A stretch of DNA of 44,719 nt from Candidatus Hydrogenedentota bacterium. GTDB lineage: Bacteria; Hydrogenedentota; Hydrogenedentia; Hydrogenedentales; GCA-2746185. Shown here one piece after another: positions 29,080-39,373 of the stretch. The stretch spans positions 1 to 44,719 of the forward strand of contig JAYGCN010000210.1 of NCBI GenBank assembly GCA_046583315.1. The letters run 5' to 3'. The notes under the pieces were generated by a model. That model saw only the letters and a program-made list of their open reading frames with translations. It did no database searches and was not told the DNA's origin. Position numbers and translations under genes: made by a program. Each line of letters opens with the position of its first letter. Position 1 is the first letter of the stretch.

Positions 29080-30531
29080 TCACTCCTTCAAAAAGTCGCG
29101 TGTGATTTGTAATACGCTGTCGACCATGACGTCTTCGACGTCCAGTGACCAGGGTACGGGGGAGGCGTATTGAATCTGAATGACCTTGGCCTGATAGGTG
29201 TTGAGTTCGACGAGTTTTCGCGTCGGGATATAGAGATTGTGTTCGCCCATGTAGGATGTGACGAATGTCGGCCCGTCTGCTCTGAGCGCGGCCTTGAGTC
29301 GCAATCCGATGCCAGCACACACCTCACCCTGCATGGCGATGAAGGTCAAGGGGCCGATTCGCGAAACGATGACCTCTTCATATTCACACGGTTGCGTATC
29401 GTGCAGGCTGTAGTCCCACTTTTCGAGCATCTCGGTATCATTCTTGTCCACGAAATAGGTGTCATCGGTGCAGACCAAATCGGCGGTGGTCCTCGGAAAA
29501 GGCAGATCTTTCTCATACCAATAGAGCAACATGCGAACCCAGTTGGAGCCGCGGGCATCGTGGGGGTAGGGGACGAATCCTGTCTCTTTTTCTTTGCTCG
29601 CGAGAGTCCGCGCCTCTTCAAGCGAAATCGGATCGCCCAATGGTAACGCAATACGATTGTGCGTGCTTCGAATGCTGCCGGTGACATCGATCATTTTACC
29701 GCGTGCAATTTTCAGAGTCGCCTTCGCGAGTTTTCTGCCGGTTTCTCGCGTAAATTTTTCGCGCAGGGCCTGTGCCGCAGCCTTGCCATCCTCTTTTTTG
29801 GCCGCGACGATCTTCTTGTTCAGTTTTTTCGGTCGTTTGATGAACTGATCGCCTCCGCAAGCATCGGCGTACATGGCCTGCACGCCGGGCATCGCCGCTT
29901 CAATCTCATCCATCGCGTATCCGGGATGCCCCGTGCCGATGTAATCGCTGGTCACTTGCGCCGGATGCGTGCCGTGGGTGAAGAACAATGCGAGCGGTTG
30001 ATCGCCATGCATCACTTTCAACGCCTGAATTTCGTAATCCGGCTCAATTTGTCCGCGACTCACAATAAACTTGCCGTCACCGGTTCCGAAATTCACCGTG
30101 ACCGGTCCCACCTCGTTCGCGATGGCTGTCTGAATCAGTCCGAATATCGTGTCAGCGAGTCCACGCCCATACTCAAAGTTGCCCGGCGCAATCTGGATGG
30201 GCGCGTTGTGATTGTGGGTCGCCAACAACACGAGATTTTCAATGGGGATGTCGAGTTCCCCCTTCACCCGCTCACGAAGAATCGCGGTGGCGACATCGAG
30301 GCAGTTCAGATCGTAGGTCGCGATCACGTATCGCTGGTTTCCATCGTTCAACACCAGCACGCGCGCCATGATGTCCTTGAATATGCCTTTGGCATTCGGG
30401 CCGTTCGTCAGCACAAGTGGCTCAGTAGTGGAGATAGAGCCTTTCGCGACACCGGCTTTCATTTCAACGGCTTCCGCCGGAAGCGCTACGAGTGCGACCA
30501 AAAAGGCACCTAGTACGAGAGTTCTTTTCAT
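29080..30531 (-). CDS. Neutral/alkaline ceramidase-like secreted hydrolase
   Basis: Signal peptide; ARVLVL, ATHNHNAP, THP, ACGGD, QGEV, YIPT motifs. Confidence 0.72.
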   Translation of the reverse strand: MKRTLVLGAFLVALVALPAEAVEMKAGVAKGSISTTEPLVLTNGPNAKGIFKDIMARVLVLNDGNQRYVIATYDLNCLDVATAILRERVKGELDIPIENLVLLATHNHNAPIQIAPGNFEYGRGLADTIFGLIQTAIANEVGPVTVNFGTGDGKFIVSRGQIEPDYEIQALKVMHGDQPLALFFTHGTHPAQVTSDYIGTGHPGYAMDEIEAAMPGVQAMYADACGGDQFIKRPKKLNKKIVAAKKEDGKAAAQALREKFTRETGRKLAKATLKIARGKMIDVTGSIRSTHNRIALPLGDPISLEEARTLASKEKETGFVPYPHDARGSNWVRMLLYWYEKDLPFPRTTADLVCTDDTYFVDKNDTEMLEKWDYSLHDTQPCEYEEVIVSRIGPLTFIAMQGEVCAGIGLRLKAALRADGPTFVTSYMGEHNLYIPTRKLVELNTYQAKVIQIQYASPVPWSLDVEDVMVDSVLQITRDFLKE

Positions 30532-30610
30532 GATTTAATCTCCATTGCGATTTCGAAATTTCCAGGTGCTACCAATTTCGCCATTCTTGCGACTTTGAAG
30601 CTTTATCGAA

Positions 30611-30976
30611 TTATGCCTTTTTGCGACGGTCTATTTTTGTCGTTCGCTTTTTCTCAGTCGTGGTGCTTTTGTCCAAACTTCTTAACTTCTTGACCAGCCA
30701 AATCGGAGTCAGTGAGACGACAATAATAAAAACGCCAACGAATATGGCCCACTCGCTGACGATTAATTCGTTGTAAATATTTCGGTATCCTGCGCGATCA
30801 CCTTGATAACTCCTGATGCCACTAAGAATAATGCTAAGTCCGAACAGGACTCCGAACATCCTCGTCAGGATGTTATGGTATTTTCTCATAAATGTCATCA
30901 ATGAATCTGTATACCCGAGAAAATCGGCCCACCCACCACAATAAATGTTGTTCGTCGATTCATCGTTCATCTCCAT
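30611..30976 (-). CDS. Hypothetical membrane protein
   Basis: Two hydrophobic segments and a basic tail; visibly AT-richer; start uncertain. Confidence 0.5.
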   Translation of the reverse strand: MEMNDESTNNIYCGGWADFLGYTDSLMTFMRKYHNILTRMFGVLFGLSIILSGIRSYQGDRAGYRNIYNELIVSEWAIFVGVFIIVVSLTPIWLVKKLRSLDKSTTTEKKRTTKIDRRKKA

Positions 30977-31002
30977 GTCTCGGTTGGGCCGACCCTTATC
31001 GG

Positions 31003-32481
31003 TTAAGGATCACCCTCAATAACCTGATTCAATAGTTCATTTAGTTCCGTCGCAATTTCCGGAAAATCGTCTATACGATTTGTGGTTTCTGCCAGATCGT
31101 CGCTCAAGTTATACAATTGCTCCGGTGAAAGCGTATCGTCAAGATCGACCACGCAGGTGGATCGCGAATCATCGCCAAGCGCGTCGCCTTCGGGTTCGCT
31201 GAACTCCTTTGGTAATTGCTCAGGAATGTATTTCCAGTCGCCCACGCGAATACCGAATTTGCCCCGCCAGGAATGATGCACAGTGGATTCGGTTTCCGGC
31301 GTTGGAAAACGTACCGTCTCGTCCACAAAGGCATACCACCGGTCCACGCTGTCGACGGCCTGGTCTGGAAAAATCGCGCCGCCGATTGCAGATGCAAGAG
31401 TCGAAAACAGATCGACCAGACTTACCAGACTGTCGGATTCCGAATTCGCTTCAATGACGCCGGGCCATCGCGCCACCATGGGTACGCGGTGACCCCCTTC
31501 ATCAATCAGGCCCTTGGCACCTTTCAGCACACCATTGGCTTCGTGCGCCGTATCGCAGGTGAAGTAACTCCACGCGCCGTTGTCACTGGTCACGATGATA
31601 AGCGTGTTCTCGGTCAGTCCGTTCGCGTCCAGTGAATCCAGAATCTGCCCAACGGTCCAGTCAAACTCGTGTACGAAATCGCCATACGGACCCAAAGGAC
31701 TCGTGCCCACGAATTCGTTGTCCGGCGAGAGCGGAAAATGCACTGACGAAGTCGCGACATAGAGGAAAAACGGATCGTCCTTGTTCTCTTCAATAAACTG
31801 TACAGCTTTTTCCGTCGTCCGCCGACCAATTTCGTTGGCTTTCCGGCTGGCTTCAATGCCGGAGACTTCTACGCCATCGACAATTTCAATGACCTCACCG
31901 GGTTGACGGTCGACGACTTCATGATTCTCAACGTAGACGAAGGGCGGCAAGTTCGGGCTCGTGGGCACGCCGTAGTAATAATCAAACCCGACTTCCAAGG
32001 GCCCGGGACTCAACGGAATATTCCAGTTCACGGGATATTCGGTCTGAAAACCCAGATGCCATTTCCCGACGCATCCCGTGGTATAGCCGCGATCACTGAG
32101 ATACGTCGCGACGGTATCGGTCCCCTCCTCGATCAACAGAGTGCTGGAAGTATGCAACACGCCGGCCTGCAATCGAGTCCTCCAGGCGTACTCACCCGTG
32201 AGTAATCCATATCGACTCGGCGTGCAGACGGAAGACGGGGAATGCGCGTTGTTGAACTTGCGACCCTCGCGAATGAGTCGATCCACGTTGGGCGTGTCTA
32301 CCAAGGTCGCGCCGTATCCGCTGAGATCGCCATAGCCCAAATCATCGGCCAGAATGATGATGATGTTCGGCGCATCCGCGTTGGGCCCGCCGCTGCTTGA
32401 GTTGTCGCAGGAGACAATCAAGGTCACCAAAATCAGCAACCATAAAATTCGAAATAGACTTCGTATCAGATGATTCATCAT
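31003..32481 (-). CDS. Arylsulfatase family lipoprotein (Cys-type formylglycine)
   Basis: IVSC lipobox; ADDLGYGD, CTPSRYGLLTG, GKWHLG, SDNG, EGGHRVP. Confidence 0.92.
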   Translation of the reverse strand: MMNHLIRSLFRILWLLILVTLIVSCDNSSSGGPNADAPNIIIILADDLGYGDLSGYGATLVDTPNVDRLIREGRKFNNAHSPSSVCTPSRYGLLTGEYAWRTRLQAGVLHTSSTLLIEEGTDTVATYLSDRGYTTGCVGKWHLGFQTEYPVNWNIPLSPGPLEVGFDYYYGVPTSPNLPPFVYVENHEVVDRQPGEVIEIVDGVEVSGIEASRKANEIGRRTTEKAVQFIEENKDDPFFLYVATSSVHFPLSPDNEFVGTSPLGPYGDFVHEFDWTVGQILDSLDANGLTENTLIIVTSDNGAWSYFTCDTAHEANGVLKGAKGLIDEGGHRVPMVARWPGVIEANSESDSLVSLVDLFSTLASAIGGAIFPDQAVDSVDRWYAFVDETVRFPTPETESTVHHSWRGKFGIRVGDWKYIPEQLPKEFSEPEGDALGDDSRSTCVVDLDDTLSPEQLYNLSDDLAETTNRIDDFPEIATELNELLNQVIEGDP

Positions 32482-32575
32482 TTAATCTCTGGGCATCCGC
32501 CATACTAGACAGTCCACCAGCAATCTGATAGCCTACATTACGTAACTTTCGATCCAGACTCCTTGGAGAACAGCA

Positions 32576-33823
32576 ATGAACAGGATAATCGTCGCACTCG
32601 TCGTTTTGCAAAGTTTCATGGGTGCGGCATCGGCCGAATTCATGGCCGGTGTCGCGAAATCGGACCTTACCCCACCCCTCGGTGGGCTTATGTACGGCTA
32701 CGGTGCCCGTGGTAAGAATGTCTCGCAGGGCGTGCATGACCGGCTTTACGCGAAAGCGGTCGTATTGCGCAGTGGAGACCAGCATTTGGTGATTGTCACC
32801 CTGGATCTCGGCACATTCACCGGGGAAAACCTGAAAAACGTCCAGAAACTGGTCGCAAAAAAGACAGACCTCACGAATCTGCTGTGCGTGGCCTCGCACA
32901 GTCACTCCACCCCGGGATTGCAGGCGGATTTCCCGTCGAAACGAAAACCCTATGCGCGGGACATGGAGGCGAAAATTGCGGACGCCATCATTCGTGCCTC
33001 GCAGAATCTGAAACCCGCTACCCTGGGCGTAGGAACGGGACGCGTGGAGGAGGGCTTCAATCGCCGCAAAATAGCGGACGGCAAAGCGGAGATGTTCTGG
33101 GTGAATCGTGATCGCGTTCCGACGAGTCCGGTGGATTATTCATTGGGTGTGATTCGCATTAATGACGCTTCAGGATCGCCCATCGCGCATCTCGTGAATT
33201 TTCAGTGCCACCCGGTCATCCTTGGACCGGAGAATCTCGACATCTCGGCGGATTATCCCGGATACATGATGTCCATCGCCGAAGAAGCGCTGGGCGGACA
33301 GGTCATGTTCATGCAAGGCGCCGCTGGGGACATCAATCCTTTCTGGGACAAGACCCCTCCTGCCGAAGGCGGGTTTGAGCAGGCGGAAAAAATGGGTCGT
33401 GCGGTTGCCGAAGAAGTGATTCGAGTTTCCAAGACCATCGGAGATTTTGAATCGAACCCGGCGATCAATTTTCACACGGAAGTCATCCCGCTTGCGGGAC
33501 GGTTGGATCTGGAGCGTGACAAACGAGAACATATCGCGGAGGTGAATACCGTGCTGCTTGGTGATACTCTCGCGTTGGCGACGTTCCCCGGCGAATTTTT
33601 CGTGGAGCATGGTCTCAACTTGAAGGCTGGCAGCGGAATTGAGCATACGTTTTTCCTGGGCTATTGCAACGGGCGACTCCGTTATTTCCCGACCATCAAA
33701 GCCTGCGCTGAAGGGGGTTACGGGGCTGCATCCGCCACTCAGGTGGAGGTCGGTGCCGGAGAACGCCTGGTCAACCGGGCCATTATCAACCTGCATTATC
33801 AGGCCGACCTGATTAAGCCGTAA
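32576..33823 (+). CDS. Neutral/alkaline ceramidase-like secreted hydrolase
   Basis: Signal peptide; GVHDRLYAKA, ASHSHSTP, NFQCHP, ISADYPG, QGAAGDINP, PGEFF. Confidence 0.8.
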   Translation: MNRIIVALVVLQSFMGAASAEFMAGVAKSDLTPPLGGLMYGYGARGKNVSQGVHDRLYAKAVVLRSGDQHLVIVTLDLGTFTGENLKNVQKLVAKKTDLTNLLCVASHSHSTPGLQADFPSKRKPYARDMEAKIADAIIRASQNLKPATLGVGTGRVEEGFNRRKIADGKAEMFWVNRDRVPTSPVDYSLGVIRINDASGSPIAHLVNFQCHPVILGPENLDISADYPGYMMSIAEEALGGQVMFMQGAAGDINPFWDKTPPAEGGFEQAEKMGRAVAEEVIRVSKTIGDFESNPAINFHTEVIPLAGRLDLERDKREHIAEVNTVLLGDTLALATFPGEFFVEHGLNLKAGSGIEHTFFLGYCNGRLRYFPTIKACAEGGYGAASATQVEVGAGERLVNRAIINLHYQADLIKP

Positions 33824-33826
33824 TTC

Positions 33827-36800
33827 ATGAAAGGAAACACCGTGATTAAGACTGTTTTACCTTTGTTTTTAGGCCTAACCGCTACAATATGCATGGCCGT
33901 GCCGCCGGAAGAGGCCTTGTCCACTTTCGAATTGCATCCCGATTTCCAAATCGAACTTGTCGCGCATGAACCGGCCATCATCGATCCCGTTGACATGGAA
34001 TTCGATGCACAGGGACGCATGTTTGTCATGGAAATGCCGGGATATCCTTTTCCCGGACGTAGCGGCAATATCGTGTTGCTGGAAGACAAGGACGATGACC
34101 GCGTGTATGAATCGCGCAAGGTCTTCGCGACCGGATTTGAAGTAGCAACATCGTTGCTGCCGTACGAAGGCGGGTTTCTCGTGGCATCGCCGCCCGATAT
34201 TTTGTTCCTCAAAGACACGGACGGTGATGACGTGGCCGATGTACGCGAAGTCGTGCTGACCGGATTCACGGTGGACAATCAGCAGCACAACATCAACGGC
34301 CTGACCATCGGGCTGGACAACTGGATTTACATCGCCAACGGCGGCAATTCGGGAATGATACATTTCGCAGACACCCCCGACGAAAAAATATCGATGCGCT
34401 TCGACGACATGCGCTTTAAGTGGTCCTCGCGAAAAGACCAACCCCGTGCGCTCGAAAAATTCGGACGTTCCTCCGGGGGATTCGGCATCACGCACGACAA
34501 CTACGGTCGCTGGTTCTCCACACACAATACGCAACACATCAGCCAACTCGTGTTCCCCGGAAAATATCTGCAGAATATCCCCATGCCGCGCGGCGCATCC
34601 CTCGCCCAGATCTCCGATCACGAAGAAAATGGTCTCGCTCGCATCTATCCCATCGGCACGCAAGATACCCGCGTCAACCATCCCGAGCAATCGGGTTACT
34701 TCTCCGGTGGCTGCGGAATCACCCACTACAGCGGAGGCGCGTTTGGATTCCGCGGTTATGGTCAACACGGATTTAACGACGCCGTATTCGTATGCGATGT
34801 CGTACTCAACCTGGTCCATGTTGATTTTTTGCACGCCTACAGGAACGGCACGGTACTCACAGCTGTTCGAGATCGAGATCGTCCCAAGAAGGCCTTCCTC
34901 GCGTCAACAGACCGCGGCTTTCGTCCGGTGAATATGACCGTTGGCCCAGACGGGTCACTCTATTTGATGGACATGTATCGCGAAGTTATCGAGCACCCTG
35001 AATGGATTCCCGACGAGATGGAGGAGAATCTCGACTTGGATGCTGGCAAGGAAGCAGGGCGTATTTATCGTATTCGGCTGAACAAGCACTTGCTGCCCAT
35101 TCTCGAAGGCGCGGCGGATAACGAACACAATCGGGCGAACGTCGAGCGTATCAAGGCTACACCTGTACCAAATCCAAAAATCGATGTGAATCTGGATGAA
35201 GCCACGAACAAACAGCTCGTCGAGTCGCTCAATCATCAGAACGGCTGGTATCGAAAGACGGCGCAACGCCTGTTGATTGAACGCAACGCTACCGATGTCG
35301 CACCGGAACTGGAGCATCTCATTCGAAACACGCGCGGCACTCCTCCTGGTGCTCAAGTAGGGGCCTTGTGGACGTTAGAAGGGATCGGGAAGCTGTCAGA
35401 TGAACTGTTGGCCGCGAATTTTTTCTCGAATAATAACGTCATCTCCGAGAACGCCTATTGGATTGCCGCGAAACGTCTCAACACCTCGCCGTATGTTAAA
35501 GAACGCATGTTGATGGGTGGTCGCAATGGCGCGACACCAAGGCTTATTAAAGAGTCTCTTCCTGGACCACGCATGGAAGGAAGTAGACGTAACCGGATGA
35601 TCATGGCGCTCATTTCCGGGGGCATAGAAGATAAAGACGCAGAACTCTTTGACCTTCTGCTTTGGATTGCTGAGAAGGACATCGCAGACGAATGGTCGCG
35701 CCTTGCCATCACGAGCGCAGTTGGAAAAGTACCGTTGCCGTTGATTCAAGCCTTGTGGGCGAACGATGCCTTATCGATTGGCGAAGATTCCCGTGAGTTA
35801 TTCGCGTCCTTGTATCGAACCATCGGTAAGGAACGATCACCCAACGATTTCGAGGTCGCGCTGGCGGAACTGTCCTTGGAAGACCGTAGCGACGCGCATA
35901 AAGAAGCGGCTCTGGAGGGCTTGTTGCTCGGGCTTGCAGACGGCACGGTGGACCAGGAATCGCTGACGACGAAACCCGTCACACGTACGCTGAACGGCTT
36001 GAGTTCAACGGACTCTCTGTCGCTAAAACGGGCCAGCTGGAGCGTCGCGAAAGCGTTGGGCGTGGATCCCTCAAAAGAACAGCGTCGGGAACTGGGGGCA
36101 TCGGCGAAACTGGCTACCGATGCATCGCAATCCACAGAATCCAGGGTCGATCACTTGCGCTTGACCACCTTCGATACGCCAGAAAAACGTGTGCCGCTAC
36201 TGTTCGCTATGCTGGACCCGCGCCAACCTAAGGAATTGCAACAAGAAGCCATCGCCCAACTCGGCGATATTCGCGGACAGCAAGTCGCCGAGAAGTTGGT
36301 AGACCGCTGGGATACGCTGGGACCAAGTGTGCGTACGCAGGCGGGCAATATTCTGTTGTACAAGCGGGACAATCACGATCTGCTGCTGACCGCACTGGAA
36401 AACGCGGACCTTTCGCTGGGTGAGATGAATTTCCATCTGGAACGACGCCGAACCTTGCTGTTTTCACGTGCGCCGGGTATCAAGGAACGCGCAGAGAAGC
36501 TGTTCACCGATGCCGGAGTCGTCACGCGTAAAGAGGCGATGGCACGGATGCGGCCCGCGCTGGAATTGCAAGGCGACCCACTCAAAGGACGCGATCTCTT
36601 CTCGGAACTTTGCGCGAAATGCCACACGGTAGGGGATCTCGGCGTGGATCTTGCCCCGAATCTCACGGAAATTTTCCGCAAGAGCAGCGAGACCCTACTA
36701 CACGACATCGTTGACCCCAATGCCGCGACGGACATCAACTATATCGCCTACAACCTCGAAACCCTCGACGGTGATTTCTTCACCGGTATTGTCGTGCGGG

Positions 36801-36973
36801 ACGATGCGGACGGCGTGACCCTGCGTGATGCGGAAGGCGAGCATTCGGTCTCGCGCGGGGACATTCAGGAATTTTTCTCCAGCGGACTCTCTCTGATGCC
36901 GGAGGAACTGGAAACCGAAATGGAGCCGCAGTCCATGGCCGATCTGTTGGCCTTTTTACAGGAACCCAAGTAG
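33827..36973 (+). CDS. PVC-type membrane-bound dehydrogenase domain protein with HEAT repeats and c-type heme
   Basis: N-terminal propeller (EP...DP..M.FD..GR, GLDNWIY, FRPVN...GPDG.LY..DMYR), HEAT region, C-terminal CAKCH and SLMPE; start may be GTG 33842. Confidence 0.85.
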   Translation: MKGNTVIKTVLPLFLGLTATICMAVPPEEALSTFELHPDFQIELVAHEPAIIDPVDMEFDAQGRMFVMEMPGYPFPGRSGNIVLLEDKDDDRVYESRKVFATGFEVATSLLPYEGGFLVASPPDILFLKDTDGDDVADVREVVLTGFTVDNQQHNINGLTIGLDNWIYIANGGNSGMIHFADTPDEKISMRFDDMRFKWSSRKDQPRALEKFGRSSGGFGITHDNYGRWFSTHNTQHISQLVFPGKYLQNIPMPRGASLAQISDHEENGLARIYPIGTQDTRVNHPEQSGYFSGGCGITHYSGGAFGFRGYGQHGFNDAVFVCDVVLNLVHVDFLHAYRNGTVLTAVRDRDRPKKAFLASTDRGFRPVNMTVGPDGSLYLMDMYREVIEHPEWIPDEMEENLDLDAGKEAGRIYRIRLNKHLLPILEGAADNEHNRANVERIKATPVPNPKIDVNLDEATNKQLVESLNHQNGWYRKTAQRLLIERNATDVAPELEHLIRNTRGTPPGAQVGALWTLEGIGKLSDELLAANFFSNNNVISENAYWIAAKRLNTSPYVKERMLMGGRNGATPRLIKESLPGPRMEGSRRNRMIMALISGGIEDKDAELFDLLLWIAEKDIADEWSRLAITSAVGKVPLPLIQALWANDALSIGEDSRELFASLYRTIGKERSPNDFEVALAELSLEDRSDAHKEAALEGLLLGLADGTVDQESLTTKPVTRTLNGLSSTDSLSLKRASWSVAKALGVDPSKEQRRELGASAKLATDASQSTESRVDHLRLTTFDTPEKRVPLLFAMLDPRQPKELQQEAIAQLGDIRGQQVAEKLVDRWDTLGPSVRTQAGNILLYKRDNHDLLLTALENADLSLGEMNFHLERRRTLLFSRAPGIKERAEKLFTDAGVVTRKEAMARMRPALELQGDPLKGRDLFSELCAKCHTVGDLGVDLAPNLTEIFRKSSETLLHDIVDPNAATDINYIAYNLETLDGDFFTGIVVRDDADGVTLRDAEGEHSVSRGDIQEFFSSGLSLMPEELETEMEPQSMADLLAFLQEPK

Positions 36974-37051
36974 GGATTGGCTCGGCTTGGTCGCGATTCG
37001 GTATACTGTTCGCGGTAGTTCGACTCAATACCGGGCCCGAAAGGAATAGGT

Positions 37052-37411
37052 GTGAAGAAAGCACTAAATGGATTTATTCTGTTCGCGATGATTGCCTCGA
37101 TACTGGTGCAATACAACGATCCGGACGGAATTGTATGGGCTATGGTATACGGCTACGGCGCAGTGATGGCCTTCAACGCATTGCGTGATCGCTACGACGT
37201 GTGGCTGCTCGTCATCGGAATCGTCGGTACGCTCGTCGGCGGAATTCTATTGCTCCCTGACAGTCTCGACAATTGGATCACCAACGAAGTCGCACGCGAA
37301 ACGGGTGGGCTCGTCATGACGGCCATCTGCCTGGCTATCCTGCTCGCGCAACGTCTGATTGCGGGTGCGCCGGAAGAGATCGAGGAAGAAGCGAAACCGG
37401 CAGAAGAGTAA
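37052..37411 (+). CDS. Transmembrane 220-like protein
   Basis: VQYNDPD..W...Y and E.ARE.GGL motifs. Confidence 0.75.
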   Translation: MKKALNGFILFAMIASILVQYNDPDGIVWAMVYGYGAVMAFNALRDRYDVWLLVIGIVGTLVGGILLLPDSLDNWITNEVARETGGLVMTAICLAILLAQRLIAGAPEEIEEEAKPAEE

Positions 37412-37416
37412 TTTCT

Positions 37417-37800
37417 CTACTCCAGCGACTCGTTGATCCGTTGCAAAATCACCTCGCTCAATCGCGAATCGATCCCCAGTGGCTCCGTCACGTGATAGGG
37501 AATTAACGGAAACAAGGCCGCCGCCTCTTCGGCCATACGCGGGATATCCTCCGTGCTGTGACGTCCCGGTGCCAGAAAATACGGGTGAATCACGACTTCT
37601 TTCGCGCCCTGTTCCACGCATGCCGAAAACGCTTCCATCAACGTCGGGTCCGCCAATTCCATGTGCGCGGGCTCCACGATGGCATGCCCGGTTGTCTCCT
37701 TGAACACCCGCACGACTTCCAGCAACAAGTCATTCGCCGCGACCCGCTTCGATCCATGATCGATCAGAATGATGCCGGTATCGGGGGGAAGGGTCGACAT
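37417..37800 (-). CDS. Short CbiX/SirB sirohydrochlorin chelatase
   Basis: DHGSK, HMELADP, PYFLAPGRH...DIP; 127 aa, single domain. Confidence 0.85.
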   Translation of the reverse strand: MSTLPPDTGIILIDHGSKRVAANDLLLEVVRVFKETTGHAIVEPAHMELADPTLMEAFSACVEQGAKEVVIHPYFLAPGRHSTEDIPRMAEEAAALFPLIPYHVTEPLGIDSRLSEVILQRINESLE

Positions 37801-37805
37801 GGAAG

Positions 37806-39239
37806 TTATGCCTTCTTCTTTTTCCGAGGCGGACGGTAGATGTGGGTGGAGGAGCCGTGCACGAGTTCGGCCGATTCCATGATGGTCTCGTTGAGCGTGG
37901 GATGGGGGTGAATGGTGAGGGCGAGGTCCGTCGCGTTGGCGCCCATTTCGATGGCGAGTGCCCCTTCGGCAATCAATTCACCAGCTCCGACGCCGACGAG
38001 TCCCATGCCCAGCACTTCATCGGTTTCGGCATCGCAAATCAATTTCGTCAGACCATCGTTGCGTCCTACGGTTGTCGCGCGACCGGATGCTGCCCAGGGA
38101 AACTTGCCCACGTTCACGGCGCGATCGGCGGCTTTGGCTTCGGCTTCCGTGATGCCAACCCACGCGACTTCGGGGTCCGTGAATACGACGGCGGGAATGC
38201 AGCGCACGTCGAAGGCCGATTTTTTTCCGGCGATCACTTCCGCCGCCACGCGCCCTTCAGCGTTACCCTTGTGCGCGAGCATGGGCTGTCCCACGAGATC
38301 GCCGATTGCGAAAATATGGGACTCCGCCGTGCGCATTTGTTCGTCCACTTCCACAAAACCCTGCTCGGTTTCGACGACATCGGTATTTTCGAGGCCGATG
38401 CCACTGGAGTTGGGTTTACGTCCAACGCTCATCAACACTTTCTCGAAGGTATGCGATTTTGTCTTGCCATCCGGAAAGGTGAGTGACACTTTGATTCCGG
38501 TTTTAGTTTCTTCTAGTTTGTTGATCGTGGTTTCAAGATGGATCGCCTCGCATAGTTCCTTCATACGTACCGCCAGCGGTTTCACCAGATCCGCATCGGC
38601 TCCGGCCAGCAGCGTAGGCGCAATATCCACGACCGTCACCTTCGAACCCAGTGCCGCGTACACCGTCGTCAGTTCCAGGCCGATATACCCGCCGCCAATC
38701 ACGAGCAAGGTCTTCGGGATGCTCTCCAATTCGAGCGCATCGGTGGAGTTCATCATACGATCCGATTCCAGCGCCAGATGCGGCAAAGTGGCCGGTCGCG
38801 ATCCGGTCGCGATGATGGCGTTCTCGAAACCAAGTGTCATCTCACCGCCCTCGGCCAGCGAAATGTGAAGGGTGTGGGAGTCCATGAACGAACCGCGACC
38901 CTGAATGTAACGAACTTTGCGCGCTTTACACAACTGGCCGAGTCCGCCCGTCATTTTTTTCACGATTTCACGGGTCGCTTCCCGCACGCGATCGATATCG
39001 ATTTTTGGTTTTCCGAAATTCAGCCCGAAATGGGATGCTTCTTCGGCTTCATGAATGACTTTGGCGACGTGCAACAACGCTTTGGAAGGAATGCAGCCGC
39101 GATAGAGACAGGTGCCGCCGGGATTGGTATCCAACTCGATGAGCGTGACCTCCAAGCCCAAGTCCGCCGCCATAAATGCCGCTGCATAACCCGCCGGTCC
39201 GCCACCCAATACCGCTACATTCGTCGTTTCTTTTGTCAT
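37806..39239 (-). CDS. lpdA: Dihydrolipoyl dehydrogenase
   Basis: GGGPAGY, GGTCLYRGCIPSK redox disulfide, GGGYIGLE, HPHPTLNE. Confidence 0.96.
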   Translation of the reverse strand: MTKETTNVAVLGGGPAGYAAAFMAADLGLEVTLIELDTNPGGTCLYRGCIPSKALLHVAKVIHEAEEASHFGLNFGKPKIDIDRVREATREIVKKMTGGLGQLCKARKVRYIQGRGSFMDSHTLHISLAEGGEMTLGFENAIIATGSRPATLPHLALESDRMMNSTDALELESIPKTLLVIGGGYIGLELTTVYAALGSKVTVVDIAPTLLAGADADLVKPLAVRMKELCEAIHLETTINKLEETKTGIKVSLTFPDGKTKSHTFEKVLMSVGRKPNSSGIGLENTDVVETEQGFVEVDEQMRTAESHIFAIGDLVGQPMLAHKGNAEGRVAAEVIAGKKSAFDVRCIPAVVFTDPEVAWVGITEAEAKAADRAVNVGKFPWAASGRATTVGRNDGLTKLICDAETDEVLGMGLVGVGAGELIAEGALAIEMGANATDLALTIHPHPTLNETIMESAELVHGSSTHIYRPPRKKKKA

Positions 39240-39373
39240 TCCACCCCATCCTTAGCTTCGACGCGTCGAGACCGCGCGAAACAGCGTGGGCGCGGTCATT
39301 CGTGCTAAGCTTACCATAACTGGCTATAGGATTTTTCGCTTTCGAGGCTCCTTGAAGGCATGGAGATGATGAA

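Noticed and set aside
29075..29320. 82-aa N-terminal extension of the beta-lactamase ORF
   Set aside because: It overlaps the upstream gene; ATG 29074 has an RBS and begins a signal peptide.
33875..34834. 319-aa minus-strand ORF
   Set aside because: Antisense shadow of the CxxCH dehydrogenase.
37912..38868. 318-aa Ser/Ala/Pro-rich plus-strand ORF
   Set aside because: Antisense shadow of lpdA, typical of GC-rich codon bias.
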